Shown here one piece after another: positions 26,236 to 39,804 of a stretch of DNA of 64,000 nt. How positions within the stretch are numbered: position 1 is the stretch's first letter; every line of letters begins with the position of its first letter. Origin of the DNA: Podarcis liolepis (Eukaryota); assembly GCA_965112155.1 (NCBI GenBank), contig OZ218114.1. The stretch is one strand, 5' to 3'. The translations under genes and the position numbers were made by a program. The notes below the pieces were generated by a model, which searched no databases, was not told the DNA's origin, and worked only from the letters and a program-made list of their open reading frames with translations.

Positions 26236-28732
26236 GCAGGAAAATAAGCCACTGTTCTAACAATGTACTGTTACCAGACATTCATTTTATTCCTTATTTC
26301 ATACTTCCACCAAGCAGCTTATGGCAGCAAACACGCTTCCCCTTTTCTCCTCACAACAACCTTGCAGAGAGCAGAGTATCTCAGTAAGGTTTGTAGACAA
26401 GCAAAGATTGGAGCCAGGCCTCCATGGTTAACGCCCAACATTCTAACCACCAAACCAGTGATAGCCAACATAGTAGCATCTGCAGGGAACCATGTTGAGC
26501 CCAGAGTGAGAATCAACATTAAAACTAATAAATACAGAAATCCCAGAAGCAAAAGGAGCCCTTTACACGTGGAGTGGACTTGTATTGCCTGGCCCTGCCA
26601 TAGGAAAGCTAACAGGAGTTAATTGCCAATTAAAACTCTGGGAGCAGGAAGTACTAATGGGGGACGGCTCTCTCTACAAAGGACAAGAATGGGTGACCAA
26701 GGAAAAGCAGCAAGATGGATTAGCCGGCAGGAAGGAGCAGAATATACTGGCCAGCAACAACCACCTCTTACTTCATAACACCTGCTCCAAACAGGTTCTC
26801 TTAAACCCTTCCAGACCTTTCAAGAAAGGTTGGCTGCTGTCTAGCATCTAGAAGTAGTAAGCAATCCCTCCCCGAGAATGCTAACATGCATTTTATTTTA
26901 GGTTACATTTCATGTTTGCATCAAAAATGAAACTGGATTATCAGGGCACATTTGACAAATTAATTATATTTCAAACACACCAGCAGGAAGTATGTGTGCA
27001 TCCCATCCTCCAAAAGGGCAGGATCATCACACACCAGGGCCCAGAACAGCAGTCAACATTCTGTTGTTCCTCTTCCATTTGAAATCTCCATCTTCCATCT
27101 GATCTGAATATCTAAATCTGAATTATCACAGCAGAGAGAGAGGGAGATGTGGTGCTCACACCTTTTTTTATCTGTTGCCATGGTGATTAGATAAAATTCA
27201 CACCAAGACTCCGGGGAAGGATGGGATTATTTCAGACAGAATCTCACCCCATTTGGTGAGAACGACGACAACACCTTCAGCTCCTTCCCGCTGCCGTAAC
27301 TGGCCTGAGCACAATTTCTCAGGGGGCTGGGAGGGAACTTGGCAGGAGGCAAGATGCCTCAGGAGGGGTGGGTTTTGTAGGAAGCAGGTGGAGTGACGAA
27401 TCAACCAATCAGCGCAATACCAGGGAATATTTACCTGGTACGGAAACAGCTCCCATGCAAGACCCCCAAAGAGATTCCTTTAATGCATCAAACACAAGCA
27501 GGAATTCCCAAAGAGATGTGCTGAATATATTCAAACAAAGGGAGCAGATCATTCACATTGCACATCACATTCACCACGCTCTTACACCAAGGACCAGAAG
27601 AGCTTTTTTTAACATTCATGTCAAGACTTGCAAGGTTTGGCGGGAAGGGAAGCTAAATCAAAAGCTGCAGGTTGCCTCCTGTCTTCCAAAAGACTGACCT
27701 CATTCAAAAAGTGCAGCTTGCATGCTCGTGGCAAACATTTGAAACAAGTCCCTTCTGCAGAGTAACCTGGGCCAGCTCACAGAAGATCCTAGCAAAAACT
27801 AGGAAGGGAGACTAGTCTGGGTCACCTTGCAGGACATGCTGTGTCCTGCATCCTACAGGTCTCTGATTCCATAGACATGCTCTCCATGAAGCTTTAAGTC
27901 CTGGCACCCCAAAACTGCTTCCAATCATTATTGGGTAGGATCCTTCCTCTTCTCCAAGCGAATGAGCTTTGGCCTAGACCAGGCCTGGGAAACCTGTGGC
28001 TCTTCAGATGTAAATGGCCAATGGTCAAGGATAATGTGATGATCTTGATGGTGATACTTGAGTCACAAGAGGGAGTCTATCTGATGTCTTCTCAAAAGCA
28101 ATATGGTTATATTGTAAGTTTTTGGGAAAGAGTCACAGGTATTGTTCCCTGCAGAGGTCTCTCCCTTTTACACCAGAGCACAACAGTCGCTTTGTGAAGA
28201 GGCAGAGGAGAAAAGCCAGGCAAACCTGTAGCAAATGCTCACTAGGACAGCTGCAATTGGCAACCACTGTTTGTCCAGGTGGAAATGGGACACCACTAGT
28301 GCCAATGTCACCAAAGAGAACATTCTAGAAGGAAGCCTTTATGTGCAAACTTTCCCCCACCTCGCAAGCAATGAATATAGGTTCCTTGCTTGTGCAAGAC
28401 ACCCAGAGATGGGTGGGCAGTTTACCTGCTGCTGGCAAGTGAGGCTGGAAGCCCTTTTCACTTTCTCAGCTGTTTACATTTTCCAATGCACCTGCTTTCA
28501 GCTAGCAGCTCCCAAGAGGAAGCTGCAGTTGCCTTCAACACAGCCTTTGTAAACGGCCTAAGAATGTTAATTTACATATTTATGGCATTTCTGTCCACAC
28601 CATAACTAAAGCTCTCTGGGCAGCAAAAATCTGCAGTTGAAACCTCAGGATCCCCAACAGCTAGAGGAGGAAACACCTTCGTTGGTGTTTCCTCCTCCTT
28701 CACCCCGGCCCACCTCCACGCCTGCATCACAC

Positions 28733-28950
28733 TGAACTTAAGAACTTAGGACAAGCTATGCAGCTGGATCAGACTAAAGGCCTATGTAGTCCAGTATCCT
28801 GTTTTCAGGGTGGGCAATGAGATTCCTATGGGGACCTGAGTACACAAATGGCATTCTCCATACTTGCAATTCCCTGCAATGGCAGTGGAGGTAAAACAGA
28901 ATTATCATGGCTAGAAGCCCTTGATGGCCTTCTCCTGCATGAAAAGGCTG
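28733..28950 (-). mobile_element. CR1 3' end (same family as 946-1243)
   Basis: AACTTAAGAACTTAGG..GCTGGATCAGACTAAAGGCC..TAGTCCAGTATCCTG. Confidence 0.75.
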
Positions 28951-31654
28951 GTGCCCGTTCTCACTTGCTCTCCTCTCTTGCAAATGCAAAACATCACAGG
29001 CACTCTTGGGAGCAACCTGGGAAGGCATGCAAATTTGCTGCTCCTCATCCTGACATTGCAAACCTCAGGCAGCAGCTCACCACAGAAAATGATTTCATTA
29101 AGCCCAACTAGTCCTGTTCGGCAGGCAGGCAGGCAGGCAAAGAGTTATAAAGCCAGCAGCTGGAAATGTTCTGCCACAGATTGCTGCCTGCCCCCTCCCT
29201 GAAGACATGCAAACAAGAATCATCTTTCAACCCCCATTGTGGTGTCAGCACCCCAGCCTTTTGTGGTAGCAGGAGATCACTGCCCTCTAAAGAGAATGCT
29301 CATTGAGGAAGGACAAAGCGGAATTATCTGTGCCCAGGCGAGGCCGTGCCTTGGATCAGCTTTCAGCTCTGCCCGCTAGGCTGTGCGTAGGCATTGTTTG
29401 GGGGCCTGTTGACACCACCTGGCTGGGGCTGGCAGCCAAGCCGCGATGCAAAGGCTCAGCACAGGCAGCTGAATATGAATGGGAGCGCAACAACCATAAA
29501 TATTCCTGGTAGCTTTAATTTTGGGTAGCCTCACGCTGAGTCTCCAGGCACTCATTATATTTGCAGAGAAAATAAAATGATTTTTTAAAATATACAATTT
29601 CATTTGCTTCCAGATTATTAAAGACTAAATGTTAGCACATGGCAGAGACAGAAAAGAGAGTGCAAGAAGAGCTCATGCAGAAAAAGGATTTTTCTTTGTG
29701 AAATTATGGGTTAACCTTACCCCTCCACCAAACACACGAAGATGAGCCAAATTAACTGGATCAATCTTTCACCTCATAGGAGGAGAGCAGACAGGCACTC
29801 CTATACTATTTATTATAGTGAGGTTTATAATTAAAAGAGCAGAGGAAGGGAGGGGGGAACTCCACACTGGGGTACAAGAAGGAGAAAAAAGCTCTGACAG
29901 GTCAAATGCTCCAACCATGTCTGAGCAAGGATTCTGGAAAAGCCCACCTCAACCAATTTCCAATAAAAGCTCCTCACTTTCACTGAGGCTTTTATTCTGC
30001 TTTCCTCACATGAAGAAGTTTTCAGATTCACACAATTGACCTTTTATCCATATCTGACTCCAAAGCGCATTGTTGTTCCAGGCCCAAACAACCTGCTCTC
30101 TGTTCATAACAAGTCAGTGACGGGCCATTTACTTATTTCATTATTCTAAGCTTTCTACCTAACCATTCTCATGGCAGCGATGGAGGGAAACAGTGTGCAG
30201 GCTCTTCTCCTTTGCAAACTCATTGCCCTGCAATGTCCTCAAATTGGTGATCAATGGTGGCAGAGAGCACAATCCAGCATGCGGCTAAACTTCACGCTCC
30301 TGACCTTCAGTACCAAAGCAAGCCCAATTCTGACATTCTCACAGGGGGTTGGAACAAAGAGTGTATTTTTCAAGCTGTCCACTGACATCTGGGCATATTG
30401 AGGCCCACAACAATGAAAGATCCACAGCCTTCCCTTTCAAAACTGGGGATCAGGAACCTCCTGACTCAACCACACTTAGCCAAAGCACTGCCTGGCAAAG
30501 GGACAGAGCCTCAGCTCAAAAGATCACCCTTTTTTGCAAGCTGAAGATGGCATATTTCACAGAAACGGAACCTCATTCCCTTGGGGCTTCTGAAACAGGA
30601 AAAAAAAATTCAGTTGAATACATCCCACTCAAGGTGGAGAGCTGACCCTAATATAAATAACGGATTTTTAAACCACAACAGATCAAGATCCATAGCCAGC
30701 CACAAAGTTCAATACCATAACCTTAAAGCGCAGGACAGCCTCACCAAAGGCCCACCATTCTGTAAGTGCCACTGGCTTAATTCAGAATTAACATGACCCT
30801 TCATTAAATGCCAGAACTGAGGGAGTGGGACCTTATATTTGTAGGGGGAGGGAGAACTAACGGCAAGATTGATTTTGATGTGAGGACCTACAAAGCAAAT
30901 GGCTTTTTGAAAAACCTATAATTTCTCTGCAACCCTTGACTTGACTAAACACACATTTTTAGACAGCAGCACAGTTAGGCAGGCATTAAACAAAAACGAG
31001 GCAGGCTAATGGTGATTTATGTATAGGATAACCTTCTATAAGAGAATTTATATTTGATTTCAGGGTAAATTTCAATGTTACCAAGTTAACTAAATAATGC
31101 AGCCAGCAATTTAACAAATGCTGCGGTGGGGGAGAGACCGTTGCAGCTGCAGCAGCCTGGAACCAATGCAAAGCAGGCAGCTGCCACTGTGCAATGATGG
31201 GCTATTCAAGACAGGTCCTCAGTGGGTTCTCCACAATAGACATACTTCTGGGGAGCTAAAGAAGAACAGCCACCCACACTCCCTGCAGAGGCAACTGGGG
31301 AAGCACATTGTCTCACAGCAAATCACATTCCAAAGCTGAACTTGGAATGGAAAGCTGAACTTGGCCACTGAACTTCATTAAAACAGACCATGTACTGCCT
31401 TGAAAGACAAAGGGCTCCTCTTCTGACAGACAGCATGCTTCCCACCCACACCTGAACATCACACCTGGTGCATGATTCACTATTTGGCAGGTTTGTTCTG
31501 GTTTCCATTCATGCCGTGATAGGTTCCTTACAAAAACCTTACAGAGGCCCAAAGGTGACCCAAGGAAACTTGAGCAGGTGCAACCAAGAAACCCAGAGGC
31601 AAGAACCAGTCTTCATAGTGGCCAGGGACAGTCTGGGCCACCAGGAGTCTCTAT

Positions 31655-31765
31655 AGTAGGTGTGGGGATCCTCCAGATGTTGCTGGACTACAACTCCCAC
31701 CACCCCTGACCATTGGCCCTGTTGGCCAGGGAGTTGGAGTCCAACAACCTCTGGAGGCCCTCATT
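31655..31765. mobile_element. Degenerate palindromic MITE
   Basis: CCTCCAGATGTTGCTGGACTACAACTCCC...GTCCAACAACCTCTGGAGG. Confidence 0.7.
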
Positions 31766-31827
31766 GTCAGTCCCAGGTTGCCCTAAACACTGTTTCATCA
31801 CACAAGTTCCTGGGAACAGAGCCAAGC

Positions 31828-33480
31828 ATTTATTTGTTTTAAACGTATTTATACTGCCCTTCATTCTTTTTGATTGAATGTACAAGGGCAATGTGCAATC
31901 AATAAACATAACAATACAACCGTAAAGCAATAAATACAATCCATAAAATTAATTCACAGCCGATTAAAATGCCCAGGAAGAAATAAACATTTTTGACTGG
32001 CACTGAAAAGGTAGCAATGTTGGTGCCAGGTGAGCCTCTCTAGAGAGGATGTTTTGCAGCTGGGAACCCACTGCATGAAAGGCCTTTTCTTTTGTTGCTG
32101 AGTTCCAGATCTCAGAGCAAGGAGGTCCCTAAAAGAGAGCTTTGGTGGAAGTTCCCAAGACCACAGACAGGCTGATAGGGGAAGAACCACTGCTTCGCGT
32201 CTTTGCATTGAAAGCCATTTAGGACCTTAATAGTAAGCACACCACCTTGAATTAGGCCCGGAAGCTAAAAGGAAGCCAGGGAGCTTCTTTCAAATTAATG
32301 TAATGTATATAAGTCAGATAGTACCACCTTCTGCATTCAGCCACATTCTGCAACAGTTGAAGCTGCTGTGTCATCTTCAATGGCAGCCCCATATAACAAA
32401 TTGCAGTGATCCTTCCAGAAGGTTTCCAGAGCATAGATCAGATGTGTTCACAGTTAGTGAACCAACCAAAGCACTCCATGTCACCAAGGCCACCTAGGTC
32501 TCTAGTGATGACAACATTGATTCTATGAGTACCCTCAAACTGTGCACTTGTTTTTTCATGGCCAAAGTAACTTTGTTCAAAAGAAGGCTACCATGGATCT
32601 CCCCAGCCTGAGAACCAACTATTCACAGTACCTCTATCATATCAGCATCCAGCTTATGATGATTATTTAATTGATTTATATACTGCCCTTTATCAAAAGA
32701 TCCCGGCTTCAGTTTCTTACCCCTCATCCAGCTCACTACTGTACCTAGGCACTGGTTTGGTATATTCATAGCCTTCACCCAACAAGAAGGAACAGAGTTG
32801 AAGGCCATCAACATACTGAAAGCACTGCATTCCAAATACTTGAAGCACAGAGGCTTCACACAGATGTTGAGGAGTATGTAGGATAAGGTGGATCCCTGCA
32901 GAACCCTCATGATACAAGGGTCATGGTTTCAAGCAGGAATCCTCCATCACTAATTTATGGAACCTACAGTGCAGGTAGGAGCAGAAACACTGTATCACCA
33001 TGCCTTCCACATGGTATCAAAAGGTGCTGAGACACCATGGAGAATTCACAAGGTCACACTTTCCCTGTTTCTCTCCTTACAAAGATCATCCATCGGGTTT
33101 TGGCACTGACGTCAATCCTGAAATGAAACTGAAATGGATGTGTAGGTAATCCATTGTATACATTTAGAAGTTTGGTAAACCCCTAGGAGCGAAAAGTGAT
33201 CCAAGCAGCATACAACAAAGCCTTCTACTACCCACTCAAGCACTTTGCCCAAAAGTGGATATTTGTGAGCAGGTGATAAACATTGCAGTCTTCCGGGTCC
33301 AGAGAGGGGTTTTAAAGGAGAGACCAAACAACTTCCTCCTTCAAGGCTGAAGTGACTGCTATTTACAAGGAGGCATTAATCACCTCCTGGACTCACATAG
33401 TCTTCTCCAGCTACAAGTAATTAGGCAAGAACCAAATGCACACTTATTTGAACCTCCTGCAACAACCGAGTCTACTTCTT
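31828..33480 (-). mobile_element. L2-clade LINE, about 1.6 kb 3' portion (RT to tail)
   Basis: Frameshifted RT motifs (PLLGKVLEWVV; QGSTLS..LNICVKPL; CFQYVDG, a YADD-like motif; GLPLKMTQQLQLLQN; APWLP). A/T-rich tail at about 31830-31950. Confidence 0.85.
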
Positions 33481-34051
33481 TTGGCCACAAGAACAGAAAC
33501 GAATCCCAAACAACCAAACTAGATCATGCCTATGTACACATGTAGGAATGCACGAGGCTCTTTTTTTCACAGAGCCGTCTTATACATAGGGCTTTGCAAT
33601 TGTGCATACATTCACGTAATAATGTTGCTAAAAACAGGAATTACTATTTGTATTGTGTGGCCGAGTTTACATGGTAGTGTGCATCAAATGCTCTCAACAC
33701 AAAATGGATTAAAACCAATCCTGCAGAATGCGCTTAAGACAGCTAATAGTGTGGAACAAGGATGGCATGGAGACAATGTCTTGGGTACAGCTTCCCCCAA
33801 ATGTGTCTGCACCTAGCAATGAATGCATATTATCATGGAATGAGTACATTCACACTCCATGTTCTGGAAACTTCATACTAACTGCTCCAACTGTTTACAG
33901 GTCTTACTGGATATGTGTGGTTTTATCTTCAAATAGACACATTAGGGCAATACCTTTATTTGGCCAAACAAAATGTCACAAAATTGTGTGCAAACTTTCA
34001 AATTCTCCATAATTCTACATCGAGTTAGATGGTAAACACAAGGATGGGGAT

Positions 34052-34053
<2 letters not shown>

Positions 34054-34089
<36 letters not shown>

Positions 34090-34100
34090 TGGTGGTGGTG
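34054..34100. repeat. (GT)n + (GGT)n microsatellite
   Basis: Seen directly. Confidence 0.97.
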
Positions 34101-36451
34101 AAGTCCACTACTCCTGCATCTTGTAAAAGTCTTAAGGAGTAAGGGATTGGAAAGACAGCATTCAAATAAACCTGAATTAGGTGTTTCTCATGCAGAAAAA
34201 TGCAAACATACATAGGGGAGCAGCCACTGTATGTTTCTGCTTCCAAAGAGGTTTCAGAGCAACCCAATAGCAGACACTACAGTATGATGTCACCCCTTCT
34301 ACCACAAGCCCCTCTTGCAATCCCACTGCTGCTTGGAACATTGAGGACCCCAACAACTGTGAGAAGCACAGCCCACCCAGGGATAAGGAGATTGCTAGCA
34401 ACTGCTCAAGTTTACTGAGCAGAGGAAAGAAAACAGGCTTCTCTCTCTGCAAGGAGGCCTGTTCACTCCCCAAGAACAGGAAAAACCTGAGTACACTGCC
34501 TGCCCATGGAAACACCCACAGTTTAGGTCTCCAACAACAAAGAAGTGTTGAGGTCTCGGGCATCACATCCAATACTCTCAGCTTCCACCGTAGGCTTCTG
34601 CAAGACAGCTTTGAGACCAGAGGCATTTCTTGACCCTTGCAAGGACAAACATCCAGCAGCAATGAACAGGCCTTGGGGCAAAGCCCTTGCCAAGTCTTTG
34701 CAGGGTTGGCCAAACACTACTGGCTTACAAAGGCAGGGCTCTCTGGATAGCCTGTATGGCCCTATTATAGTCTCAGGTCTGCTAGGGTGCAGCAGCCCAT
34801 TCCCCCAGGTCCTTCAGGCTCCTCTGAGTCACCAGTACTCAAGGCTCACAACAGCAGCCTTAACCACTTCAGCTCAGGAAGATCTAGCAGGAGAGTCGAG
34901 AAAGCAGCTTCACAAGATGGTTTCACACTAAAGAAACTTAGAGGCAGCATCAGATAGCACCTCAATGTCTGTAGCTACATCATCCAGAAAGAACAGTCCT
35001 TATATAATAAGGGAACAAATGGACACAAAGCAGTCATGAAACACAGCATCAGAGAAGGGCATTTCAGCTGCCCTCTCCTACCCACTGTCCTTAAGTCCCT
35101 CTACTCAAATGGCAGCCTTCTCAAAGGGAAGATGCAACACAAGGTATAAGATGAGAACTTGCTGGTGAATCTCACTGCATTTCTAAGGCTTTGAACTATG
35201 GCTAGGTGGTTCTTCCATGAGAACAAATCAATAGTTTCTCTCTCTCCCAGTTAGTTTTTGTAGTCATTACATGTTCTGCCCTCTGGAAATCAGGGCACAG
35301 TTTCTATGCCTGTTCTCTGATTGGGTTAGTCTTCTAATATGGAACCTCAACTCCAGAAATGCAACCAAAATAACAGCATATCACCACATGGTGTGTGCTC
35401 CCCAGAAAGCTCATCCCAGCTTTCGGGAGCCAACACAGAAGCTGCGCAGGAGAATTATCCAACAGACCAAAGCAGACGCTGCCTCAGGCAAGTACTGCTC
35501 TCAAATCAATGAGCAATTTATAAAATCAGTTTTCTTTTCCTTCTAATAATACAGAGTGTGCACTGAAAAGGTCAAAGAGGGGGAGGAGGATCTCCCTTCA
35601 CAATCCTTGGTGCACCCCCCCCCCTTCTTCTGGGTCTGCCCAAACCCTGGCAGTCTCTGCAGAAGTAGGGCTTTGAGGCAGGCTGGTCAAATGTTCTCTC
35701 CAGATAGCCTTTAAAGACCAATTAAAGTCTTGCAAGACACAAGTCAGATTCTTTGATTTGAGTGTTTACTTCCAAGAACAATTCAAAGTAACATCCCCAA
35801 CCATTTGATGGATTTCATTCTAAGGCACTTCCAGGCTAAACACAATCTTTGGTTCTGTGTGGCTCCTGTTTGTCTCAAGGGCACTATCTTGAAGGGAGGA
35901 AGGCATCAGCCAATGCATGTCTCAGTATAATAAGACCAGTTGCTGGGAAGCTCAGGCAGGGAGAGGAGCTCAAGCTGCTGCATTTGGGTCCTGCCTGCAG
36001 GCCTCCTCCCAGAGGCATCTGGTTGTTTACTCTGAGAACAGGATGCTGGCCTGGATAAGCAGCCAGTCTCTTCTTGGTGGTCTGAGCAAGACTATCACCT
36101 CCTCACATTCCCCTCATCTCTCTGAATGAGCGTGGCACCAGCTAGTCCACCACCATAGCCCCCAGATCCAAGCTCTAAGGGGCCTTACAGAGCTGACTAA
36201 ATGCAGAGGCAGCCCAGCTCTGGGAAGGAGGGAATCCACCCTGGGGCCCTGTTCCTAAAAAACATGGGGGGACCACTCTTGTGGCCCCATTGGCATTGGG
36301 ACTTGGCAAAAGGGCTGACAATCCTCAGCCAGCATCCATTGTGCCCCTTGGCCAGGGATCACTAGAGATAGAATGACAACAGATATCATGTGATAGAAGA
36401 AAGGAAGCAGCAGGACCAGGGGGTGAGGGGCAGCAATGCCTCCTGTCTTAC

Positions 36452-36598
36452 CTGGGATGATAGAAACCGTGTCTTTCTCCCAGGACACAACACTGACATA
36501 TTCTTGCACCGAAGAAGGGATGAGGCACTTGAAAACAGCCACGTTTCCACGCATTGACCTTTGATCCTCCACCCGGACTGTGTAAGGTTCCCTGAAAA
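36452..36598 (-). CDS. DSCAML1: DSCAML1 exon 3 (N-terminal half of Ig domain 2)
   Basis: Encodes (V)[48 protein letters not shown]. Acceptor gtttctttctccccag|, donor CAG|GTAAGA, 147 nt, phase 1-1. Confidence 0.98.
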
Positions 36599-36819
36599 CT
36601 GGGGAGAAAGAAACAGGGAGGTGGTGATTGGGACAGAGTGGAAACCAGAAGCCATTGCTGCACTTCAAGCAGAATTTCATCCCCTTTGTTCACAACCCTG
36701 CACAGTCATCCATCCTACAGCGCACATGACACCAGGTTCGCACGTGGCTTTCAATTGGGAGCACTCCTCCAAGAAGCGCCCAGAGACTTTGGCCTGCATT
36801 GTGCATTGGGGCAGGATGT

Positions 36820-37515
36820 ATTACCAGCTGTTTTTCCAGAGCCAACAAACCTCCACCTAGCCTAACACACAATAAACCCAGTAAAACAAACAAGAACCTC
36901 AGTAAAACAAAGGCACAAAGTATCACAGTGCAGAAAATAAATTATCCTGTCATATGCTGAAAGCTGGTCGAAGAACGAACACCAGCAGTTAAAATTTATT
37001 TTAAGTATATAATGCCCTACAGCCAAGTTGCAACAGGAGTAAAAATTCAAAACACATAAAATAATAACTATCAGCCACAAAACATATTAAATCAGCATAA
37101 GACAACGGGGGGGATAAAAAAAAACAATTTGAATCTAGAAGAGATTAAAAGGCCTGGGGAAATAAGACCAGGAGCCAAAACGATAACAAAGTAAGGTGAA
37201 GGCAAGACTCTCTGTGCTGCTGTCTCCTTTCCTCAGGAACCACCTGCTGCAGCTCACTCAGCAGGAGGACCAGAAAAAGGCCTCCTGCAAAGTCCTTGGT
37301 GTGCAGACTGGTACATGGGGAAACAGTTGATCTTTCAGGGATCCTGGTCCCAAGTTATCAAGAGGTTTAAAAGGTGGAAAACAACACTCTGAATAGGGTC
37401 CAGAAACAGGCTGAGAGCCAGTGAAGTACTAGTGTGAGACCTGTTCCTACTACAGCTCGTGGGCAATCTTGCAGCTGTATTCTGAAGTTTCTAGACAACC
37501 TTCAAAGGCAGCCTA
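36820..37515 (-). mobile_element. L2-clade LINE 3' relic
   Basis: A-rich antisense 3'UTR, then GATCCTGGTCCCAAG..AGGTTTAAAAGG..GCCAGTG and GCAGCTGTATTCTGAAGTTT..AAAGGCAGCC, which are L2 ORF2 antisense motifs. Confidence 0.65.
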
Positions 37516-37529
37516 CATACAATGTATGA

Positions 37530-38130
37530 AAAACATAAGAAGTGTCCGGCAGAAGCTGGATCAGACCAAAGGGGGCCTATCTAGTCCAGCATCCTGCTTC
37601 TCACTACAGCCAGAAAATGCTCCAAAGCAGAGATGTACCTGGGAGGAGGGGGCTAGATGGGGGTTTTGCCCCAGGTGAAGCCTCCATAGGGTCACCATTG
37701 AGGCTCCCGGCCTGTGTGTATGTGTTTGCACAAATGTGCATGGGGGGGTGCCAAACTGGGTCTTTGACCCAGGTGAAATAAAGGCTACAAGGAGGCCATA
37801 AACGTCACAGCCTCCTGCTGATGCTGTGCCCCAGAAACTGGCATTCAGAGGCACACGGCTTCCAATACTGCAGGTAGCATATAGATACCGTTACTTGAGA
37901 GATTTATGCTGTACAAATATATCTAATCTCCTTTTGAAGACTTATGTGTTCCAAAGTTGGTGGCCATCTCTACAGCTTGTGGCAGCAAAAACCATAGTTT
38001 TAACGACGCATTGTGTGAAGAAGTGGTTCCTCTTGTGCCTGTCCTCTGTTCAGCTTCAATGGATCCCCTCAGGTTCCAGTACTATATGAGAAAGAGAGAA
38101 AAGCTTTTCTCTTCATACCTCACGTAATTG
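37530..38130 (-). mobile_element. CR1 3' end (interrupted at about 37630-37790)
   Basis: AAACATAAGAAG..GCTGGATCAGACCAAAGG..CTAGTCCAGCATCCTG and CTAATCTCCTTTTGAAG..GTTGGTGGCCATC..TGTGTGAAGAAGT. Confidence 0.8.
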
Positions 38131-39486
38131 TATAATATGCCACAGGGAAAGAGGGATATTTGACCCTCAAGTTAGCCAGAAGATGTAACTGGTAACAAAT
38201 GTTAGAGGAGTTAAGGGTTCAAGGATTCAACCCTTCCCTTCCCATTGGGAAATATGTGTCGGAATGCAAATTGATATTTGGCATTCAGAAACAGGAGGAT
38301 TTCCCCAACAAGGCCCTTTAAGATATTCAGAATCCAAATCAGTCTTTTAGAAAGTCATACATTACAATGCTGAAGCCACCAAAAAAAAACTGCTGATCAA
38401 CGCTTGTCGTCCTAAACATGCAGTTTAAACCAAGGGCACCACAGACAACTGCAGGAGAAAGAGGTGGTGTTGCCCAGGCCCGGCAACAGCCCACAAGGGC
38501 ACACTGGGGGGAAAGTACCCATAGCAGAAACCACAGCCTGCCCACCCACCTCCACACCTGGGAGGGCCTATTTCCAGCTGTGGATTTGGAAGGAAAAACT
38601 ACCAGTCCTATTTCTTCAGAGTCACAAAGGTAAAACGTCAACCAGAAAAGAGTCCTTACTGGTTTAGGGAAGAAGTAAGCACCTGCCATAAAAAGGTCCA
38701 ACTTGTATCCTCCCTCCCACATTGCTCTTTCAGCACTCACAGGTGTGAGCCACAAGCAGGGAGGTAACCAATGCATAAAGAGAATTCTGAATGCTCCTCT
38801 GGCCAAGTGCAACCCGTGCCCTTAAGTTCTGTCCTTACATTCTTCTCGCCCTGCACCTCCCCAATATTATAACCAATGCTGTAATTCGGGTAAATAATTC
38901 ACTTCTGGATATTTAATGTCAGTCTACACTGCTGCAAGGCAATGAAGGAAGAAAGCTCCTTTGGTCCCTGGGGTAGTATGCACTTTGCTAGTCCAATGCT
39001 TAATAGGTTACCTAATGGAACCACTGGGGGTACTCAGCCCACCCAGTCTCTGACAATCATTGACCAGAAGAGCTCTGCTACTTTGCTCATCATTTTCCTC
39101 TGCTTAATTAGCCATCAGCCTGTTTAGGCTGCAGCTCACAAAGCAAGTAGGATGGCTGCAAAGGAACATTTCCTATACAGGTGACAGGAGTTTGGCCCAG
39201 CTCAGACCTCACCAAAAGGTTTCATTCAAAGTGTCTAAAGAAGCCAGCATAACAAAGAGTTCTCTGAAATTCAAAAGTCAGCATTCAGACACTCATCCAA
39301 CAGACACTCATTTACCTCTCCTAGAAAATATTCCTGATTGTCTGGGACCAAACACAGCCACAGCTGTCTATGCTCTGCTAAAAAAGTAACTGGGCACAGG
39401 CCCAAAGACTGCCACCATCCTCCCTCCGCTACAAGTGAAGTCAACCATACTGAAGACAAGACCCAGAGCAGCCAGTCAGCCAATAC

Positions 39487-39804
39487 CTGCTTTAACCCGG
39501 ATATTTGGGCTCCTGATTTTCCCCGCAGAATTCTCTGCAGTACAGAAATAGTCGTTGTCGTGGATAAAGCTATTGAAGGCAGATGGCGAGAAAGGGTAGA
39601 GCTGCAGCGTCCCATTGGCGTGGACGTGACGGATGTGTGGGACATCATAGATGTCATCCCCAGTGGCGAGGTACCAGCGAAGGGTGGCACTGGGGGACCC
39701 TGCTGCTGGACAGGGGATTACCACCCCCACAGTGCTGGAGAAGGTCACCTGCTGAATGGAGTCGTTCACAAAGTAGAGGCTGGTTCCAACATCTTCTGTT
39801 TGCG
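39487..39804 (-). CDS. DSCAML1: DSCAML1 exon 2 (Ig domain 1)
   Basis: Encodes (A)[105 protein letters not shown], near-identical to DSCAML1 rather than DSCAM. Acceptor tttctttcttctcctctgcag|, donor CAG|GTATTG, 318 nt, phase 1-1. Confidence 0.98.

Larger units (their letters stand above)
1..36451 (-). other. DSCAML1: DSCAML1 intron 3 (partial, >36 kb)
   Basis: Starts at the exon 3 donor. No exon 4-like peptide (…RFFITYHGGLYISDVQKED…) appears in the ORF track. DSCAM-family intron 3 is known to be very long in vertebrates. Confidence 0.85.
36599..39486 (-). other. DSCAML1: DSCAML1 intron 2 (2888 bp)
   Basis: GT..AG between exons 2 and 3. Confidence 0.95.

Noticed and set aside
1-36451. Arthropod Dscam-style array of mutually exclusive Ig exons in the long intron
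   Set aside because: No additional Ig-like peptides or paralogous copies of exon 2 or 3 appear in the ORF track or by eye. Vertebrate DSCAM and DSCAML1 lack such arrays.
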